A DNA stretch of 64,000 bases from an uncultured virus (IMG/VR IMGVR_UViG_3300035670_009001) (Duplodnaviria; Heunggongvirae; Uroviricota; Caudoviricetes), in IMG/VR virus record IMGVR_UViG_3300035670_009001; one strand, 5' to 3'. The position numbers and the translations under genes are program-made. A model generated the notes under the pieces. It had not been told where the DNA came from. It did not search any database and saw nothing but the letters and a program-made list of their open reading frames with translations. This document shows, piece after piece, positions 59,022 to 64,000 of the stretch. The stretch's first letter is position 1, and the number at the start of each line of letters is the position of its first letter.

Positions 59022-59862
59022 TTGAATTTAACTTTTTAATCAAATATTTTATTACTATATCTTGCGAATCTTTACCATTGTGCCCACAATCTCGGGCTTT
59101 ACTTTGACTATCGTCAATTACATTTATCAAATCAACATTATTAGAAATAAATGATTCTTTATACATCATTTCGAAATCAGTAGAATAACTCCAATGTAGA
59201 ACTTCGACTCCCGCAGATTTCCAAATTGAATCTACGGTCATTGGGTTAAAATTACTATTTTTTATCAATTCTCCGCAATTTTCTAAATAACTATGGTGAT
59301 ACCATTTACCATATTGTAATGGGCTTTCAGGATAATATTCTTCAATTCTAGCTCCCGAAAATGTTTCGAATTCCATCCCATCATATCCATCTGTCTTGAA
59401 TGCATATACTGTTCTGTATGTTGCAGGCCATTGATAAACCACCAGCTTAGGTAATTTTTTTAATTTTAAAATATGGTTAAAAAATAAAATTGTGTTATAC
59501 ATTTGAAAATCAGAACTTGTCCCTCCGGCCCCCAAATTAAAAATATCTAAATCTAAAGACTTAGATAACTTAGTGGACCACATATCGTCATAATGTAACC
59601 CAACTCCTTCAGTATATGAACACCCAAATGTTAATAGATAATCTTCATCTAAATCATCGAATTCTTTTGTCCTGTATCCCCATGAATTGTATTTATATTC
59701 AATTTCATTATCATAATAATACCAATCGGAGCCTTTTTCTTTCTTGTTTTTAAGATAAAGTTCTTCATAATCCGTAGAATGAAAGTATAATTTTTTGTTA
59801 ATTAATCCATAATTTATTATTATAGGGCATTCATTTGTAATTCTGAAAGTTGACATTTCCAA
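59008..59862 (-). CDS. SGNH-like protein
   Basis: YNSWGYR, FGCSYTEG, NLG.GG, RDCGH; start codon uncertain. Confidence 0.65.
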   Translation of the reverse strand: MEMSTFRITNECPIIINYGLINKKLYFHSTDYEELYLKNKKEKGSDWYYYDNEIEYKYNSWGYRTKEFDDLDEDYLLTFGCSYTEGVGLHYDDMWSTKLSKSLDLDIFNLGAGGTSSDFQMYNTILFFNHILKLKKLPKLVVYQWPATYRTVYAFKTDGYDGMEFETFSGARIEEYYPESPLQYGKWYHHSYLENCGELIKNSNFNPMTVDSIWKSAGVEVLHWSYSTDFEMMYKESFISNNVDLINVIDDSQSKARDCGHNGKDSQDIVIKYLIKKLNSNGFS

Positions 59863-61739
59863 TATCTATTTTTTCTCTGATAATGATATGATGTATGATA
59901 AAAAGTTTTTTCGTCAAATTTTACCCCACTATCATAGTGATTCAAATATAACAAAGTTTCTCCTGAATTTAAACAATACTTTAAAGTATCTTTTGAATAC
60001 TTTTTAGTTATAGGATATGAAATTCTATAGTCAAAACACATGTCCATGTTTAATTGGACTACGTCTTCCAAATCCATATTAAACTCTTCATTGACAAATT
60101 TTAAAAATTCTTGACGTAAAGTTTCTCTGTTTTGATGGAAAACAATACTTGTAGCACTTTTGTACTCCCAAAATATGTCATTTTCACCCAATACTTGTCT
60201 ACCCCAAAACCCATTATTATAAAATACAGACTTCAAAGATTCATCCGTTTTTTTTATTTCAGACCCTATCAAAGTTTCGGGATTATTAGTAAAATACCAC
60301 AACATTTTTTCAATTACATCAACATGTTTGTATCCATGTTTATTAAAAAGGTATTCTAAAAGATAATGGCCCCACCCATAGTAATATAAAACAATCAATA
60401 AATGTGAAAATGAATGCCCTTTGAAAACGTCCTCTTCACTTGCAGTGTTTGTTTCCTTAACCCCCCAAGTATGTTCCACAATATAGTTTTCCAAATCCTC
60501 AACACTTAAATAAAACGTATCTAAAGGGACGGTTTCATATTTTAAACCATGTTTTTCCATATACCATGGTTGACCCATAGTGGCATTGTAGGTTAAAACT
60601 AGTGGATGAACCATCAAAAAATCTTTTTGTCCTAAATCAATTAATTTTTGGATTCCAATTTTTAATGTATCATAGGTTTCATTTGGCATTGGCCAAATTA
60701 ATTCACTATAAGTAGAAATATTTTGTTCCCTATATTTTTGTAAATAAGAATATACTTTATCTTGTTTTAAATTAAATCTATTGGTCGCTAGTAATGTATC
60801 AGTGTTGAAACTTTGCATTGCAAACGTAATCCCCTTAAAAAGTCTACTTTTAGCCTCATTGTCCATGACAGCAATTTCATATATTTGTTCAACATTTGAT
60901 TTAGCCCACGTTACATCCCAAAATTTGGGGTATCCTGTCTCTAACTTTTTTTGAATGACGTACCTCGTAATGTCTTTGTCTCTTTCCATCATACCCCAGT
61001 TTGAGTCACAAACACTAACATATTCAATTTTTTTATCGGACATCCAATCTATTTCACTATACACTCTTTCTAAATCAAATGTTTTAATTTTTTGCCAATA
61101 TTCATCACCAATATCACAAAAAGCACATTTATATGGGCACCCTCTCAGGGTTTCATATGTCACCTGCCATATTTGGGGTCCAATCTCTTTTTCAACTTTT
61201 TCAATAATCCAATCATAAAATCCGGAAAGTATTGGGCTTGGTATTATTTCTAAATTATTTAATCTTGATGGTAGATCACATAATTTTCCACTTTTTGGAA
61301 ACACATGTGGTATGTTATCATAATTTTCATTTTTTAGATACCTTTCTAAAATTTCTTTAAATGCAATTTCACCCTCTCCAAGAACCGCGATATCGAACAT
61401 TTCATTTTTCTTAAAGAAGTCCACGTCTCTTTTATCAACATTTGGTCCTCCAGTAATAATTAAACAATTAGGATATTTCTTCTTTATTTCTTTAGATAAT
61501 TCTCGATTGTAATTCCAATTCCATACATAACTACTTAGGGCTACAACATGCGGTTCGAAATCAATACTTTCAACGTATTTTTTTGGTGATTTTTTTTCAA
61601 TGATTACATCCGAAACCCTGAAATTTTTTTTTACCATTTCACTTGTCTGCGCGTACATCCATTGATAACTGATAGCAAGTGGTAAAAAACTATTAGGTCC
61701 GTATTTATCAACGACCTGCACCAATAGTAAATTATTCAT
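59820..61739 (-). CDS. B12-binding radical SAM enzyme
   Basis: PLAI, SSYVWN, GGP, GEGE, ET.RGCPYKCAFC. Confidence 0.9.
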   Translation of the reverse strand: MNNLLLVQVVDKYGPNSFLPLAISYQWMYAQTSEMVKKNFRVSDVIIEKKSPKKYVESIDFEPHVVALSSYVWNWNYNRELSKEIKKKYPNCLIITGGPNVDKRDVDFFKKNEMFDIAVLGEGEIAFKEILERYLKNENYDNIPHVFPKSGKLCDLPSRLNNLEIIPSPILSGFYDWIIEKVEKEIGPQIWQVTYETLRGCPYKCAFCDIGDEYWQKIKTFDLERVYSEIDWMSDKKIEYVSVCDSNWGMMERDKDITRYVIQKKLETGYPKFWDVTWAKSNVEQIYEIAVMDNEAKSRLFKGITFAMQSFNTDTLLATNRFNLKQDKVYSYLQKYREQNISTYSELIWPMPNETYDTLKIGIQKLIDLGQKDFLMVHPLVLTYNATMGQPWYMEKHGLKYETVPLDTFYLSVEDLENYIVEHTWGVKETNTASEEDVFKGHSFSHLLIVLYYYGWGHYLLEYLFNKHGYKHVDVIEKMLWYFTNNPETLIGSEIKKTDESLKSVFYNNGFWGRQVLGENDIFWEYKSATSIVFHQNRETLRQEFLKFVNEEFNMDLEDVVQLNMDMCFDYRISYPITKKYSKDTLKYCLNSGETLLYLNHYDSGVKFDEKTFYHTSYHYQRKNRYWKCQLSELQMNAL

Positions 61740-62418
61740 TTATAAAAACAGTATTCAATCTTAAATCTTTATAACTTTTATGACTGTGGGAGTCATCATT
61801 AATTTCAGATATTTTACTCATAAGAATTAGACCCCTCGCAGCGTCCTCTGGTGTCATATACATGTGCCAACCACAAAATTCAATATCATCATTCATATAG
61901 TTTTTTTCTAAATTACGTCCATCATAACAAGCTTTTTTGAACCATTTATACGCTTCATAATCATCACATAAAATCGCGCCTCCTCTTCCAATCGGTAGTC
62001 TTTTTTTCATTTGAAATGACAATGCTTGAAATCCACCTTGGTACATTCCTTTTGTCCACCTTCCCGCTCCGTCCCAAACGTCAAGCGGGTTTAATTTATA
62101 AACTCCTGACCATTCACTTTCGATGAATTCAAATTCATAACCCGCATGTAAAATTTGCATCGGTACTGATGCATATGTATGATATGGTATTTTTAATTTT
62201 TGTGGTTTATTTATATATTTTAAAATAAGAAAAAGAGCATTACTACAACAATCAACCGCAACCGCGTATTTAGATCCACAAAAATTAGCGATCTTAGATT
62301 CAAAAATAGAAACTATCTCATTTGGATTATTCCAACAATATCCCATTTTTAAAATTTCTTTTAATTCTGGTCTTTCTAGCTCTTCTGGTAATTGCCCTAA
62401 TGGCCACTCTTTGTACAT
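61732..62418 (-). CDS. short DegT/DnrJ-family PLP aminotransferase
   Basis: FE..IA.F.GSKYAVAV, SFQMKK.L.IG.GG.IL. Confidence 0.8.
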   Translation of the reverse strand: MYKEWPLGQLPEELERPELKEILKMGYCWNNPNEIVSIFESKIANFCGSKYAVAVDCCSNALFLILKYINKPQKLKIPYHTYASVPMQILHAGYEFEFIESEWSGVYKLNPLDVWDGAGRWTKGMYQGGFQALSFQMKKRLPIGRGGAILCDDYEAYKWFKKACYDGRNLEKNYMNDDIEFCGWHMYMTPEDAARGLILMSKISEINDDSHSHKSYKDLRLNTVFINE

Positions 62419-62419
62419 T

Positions 62420-63466
62420 TCAAATCATTGTTTCTAATACTTTTAGGTATTTGTCCTTGATTGTTTTTCGCCAATCATCAGTAACGAATACACTTTCTTT
62501 TTTTGTATAATTTTCAGCGAAATTTGACCAAGTCGATGTGGGTACCTTTACCAAAAAAGAAGTATATGATAGTGAAAATAAATCGACTAAATTTTCAATA
62601 ACATTACCGTAAACAAAATCACTTTTTTTGAATCCTGAATTCAAAATATAGTCGTAAACAACATTTAAAATGAAAGTCTTATCTACTAGATTATTTTTAT
62701 ATTTTTTGTAAAAATAATCCATAATTTCATCTGGTACATCCGTACTAATATAAAATTTTTGATTTGGATTTATTTTCAACATATTATCCATAATGTTAAA
62801 ATATAAAATGTCTCTATGAAATGAGTATGTTGAATTTGATTGTTCCGTTATTACTCTTTTAATTAAACTAAATTTATCTCTTTTATTTTCAGGAAGACTA
62901 TTTAAATCATCTGTAGTATATGGTATCCCATTACCTCTTCTTATATGAATACCAACAACATTTTTCATTTCATTAATAATGGACTCTTCAACACTCTTAT
63001 GTTTTAGTTTTATTTTGGACAAAGGCCTTTCTATTTTTTCAAAGTCTTTTTTAGTATATAAATTTGTTAATTCTCTATACCCAAAATTACTATAATAATG
63101 ACCTTTATCTTCGAGTTTAAATTCATTATTTTTAAACATTTTTTCTATGTCATTGGTATATAATGGAGTTGCGGTATTTATCTTTTTATTAATTGTATCG
63201 TACACCGCAATGAATTTTAATTTTTCAACTTCATGTGGGTCTCCCTCAATATTTGTTATTGTTTTTGTTGTTGGTAAATCCAATAATTTATTTTCAGGCC
63301 AATATTTTTCTTCTAATAAAATATAGTATTTAAAATCATTTTTTCGATTGATTTCATACGCCACCTCCCAATGTAATATTCTATTACAGAGTCCCGTATC
63401 TGTTGTAAATCCGTTCCAACCTCCAAATGGCTCTGGCCATCGTAATGTTCTTTCGTATTCCGCCAC
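62420..63466 (-). CDS. fucosyltransferase-like (GT11/NodZ-type) glycosyltransferase
   Basis: GL.NR, VGIHIRRG, FYISTD, DLFSL, STWS. Confidence 0.7.
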   Translation of the reverse strand: MAEYERTLRWPEPFGGWNGFTTDTGLCNRILHWEVAYEINRKNDFKYYILLEEKYWPENKLLDLPTTKTITNIEGDPHEVEKLKFIAVYDTINKKINTATPLYTNDIEKMFKNNEFKLEDKGHYYSNFGYRELTNLYTKKDFEKIERPLSKIKLKHKSVEESIINEMKNVVGIHIRRGNGIPYTTDDLNSLPENKRDKFSLIKRVITEQSNSTYSFHRDILYFNIMDNMLKINPNQKFYISTDVPDEIMDYFYKKYKNNLVDKTFILNVVYDYILNSGFKKSDFVYGNVIENLVDLFSLSYTSFLVKVPTSTWSNFAENYTKKESVFVTDDWRKTIKDKYLKVLETMI

Positions 63467-63470
63467 CTAA

Positions 63471-64000
63471 TTATTTTTTTATAAATTGATTATACTTTTT
63501 CTTTATTTGAGTTTCCCATAATTCATCTACACGGGATGAAAGATTATTTTCTTTCCAATCCGCAAAATCGGACCATGTAGAATGTGGTACTTTGATAAGA
63601 TACCCACAATAAACCAATGAGAATAAATCAGAAACAGTTTGCACAATACTCCCATTTAAAATTTCGTGTTTTCGATAACCCGCATTGTGTAAAAATGTTT
63701 GAACCGTATTGTAAATGTGTAAATTATCTATTAAATTATAACCATATTTTGTTCTATAATATTGCATAATTTCATGAGGTAAATCACTACTAATATAAAA
63801 CTTTTGATTTGGATTTATTTTTAACATATTATCCATGATATCAAAATAAAAACTATCATCATAAAAAAAACAATTATCACAAGTATCAACCGTATATTGA
63901 TTTTTGAATAATCTAACCTTTTCCCTTACCTCTCTTGGAAAAGTTTCATAATTTTTTTCATTCAGGTATATACCATTTCCTCTCCTAATATGTACCCCAA
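63471..64000 (-). CDS. 3' part of a paralogous fucosyltransferase-like gene (extends past the window edge)
   Basis: frame is open upstream of the tracked ATG (GVHIRRGNG...); MDNMLKINPNQKFYIS is shared exactly with 62420..63466. Confidence 0.75.
   Translation of the reverse strand, partial: GVHIRRGNGIYLNEKNYETFPREVREKVRLFKNQYTVDTCDNCFFYDDSFYFDIMDNMLKINPNQKFYISSDLPHEIMQYYRTKYGYNLIDNLHIYNTVQTFLHNAGYRKHEILNGSIVQTVSDLFSLVYCGYLIKVPHSTWSDFADWKENNLSSRVDELWETQIKKKYNQFIKK

Noticed and set aside
1961..62510. Many short opposite-strand or nested ORFs in the track (e.g. 7681..8178+, 8484..8951+, 19742..20107+, 22856..23059+)
   Set aside because: They lie antisense to or inside well-supported genes, have no motifs, and often just mirror repeat-encoding sequence
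1..64000. Stop-codon reassignment, as in some large phages
   Set aside because: Genes are full-length and tightly packed under the standard code, and TAA, TAG and TGA all terminate genes
24122..64000. Bacterial chromosomal LPS/capsule locus
   Set aside because: It is contiguous with phage-type replication and virion genes, and has no flippase, polymerase, exporter or housekeeping genes
1..64000. tRNA, rRNA or structured ncRNA genes
   Set aside because: Intergenic gaps are short and AT-rich, and I saw no cloverleaf or T-loop signatures; a tRNAscan/Infernal run would be decisive

Overview
This window looks like part of a large (jumbo/huge) dsDNA phage genome. It is gene-dense, uses the standard genetic code, and lies almost entirely on the - strand. 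The host is probably a Bacteroidota member, because repeated TTTG-N18-20-TAnnTTTG promoters precede the replication genes. There are three blocks. (1) 0-13.9 kb: transcription, replication and recombination genes (sigma-70, pyrimidine-dimer glycosylase-like protein, fused restriction-methylase-like enzyme, Rad50/Mre11, PD-(D/E)XK nuclease, primase, RuvC-like resolvase). (2) 13.9-23.8 kb: probable virion proteins, four of them with long mucin-like Thr/Pro tracts. (3) 24-64 kb: a glycan synthesis and tailoring island of at least 40 kb that runs off the window edge. It includes an Aah/TibC-like protein O-glycosyltransferase fusion, six paralogous GT10-like domains, five SGNH proteins, a GDP-dideoxy/branched-sugar pathway, carbamoyl-, amidino-, sulfo-, pyruvyl- and methyltransferases, radical SAM enzymes and 2OG oxygenases. 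No flippase or polymerase genes are visible. The most novel signals are an ATP-grasp-like protein followed by three tandem Hint domains separated by tiny peptides, and a block of unrelated enzymes around it that nearly all end in the same C-terminal motif (two terminal hydrophobic residues, mostly [LIF]-I-COOH). All calls rest on motifs recognised by eye; no database searches were run.
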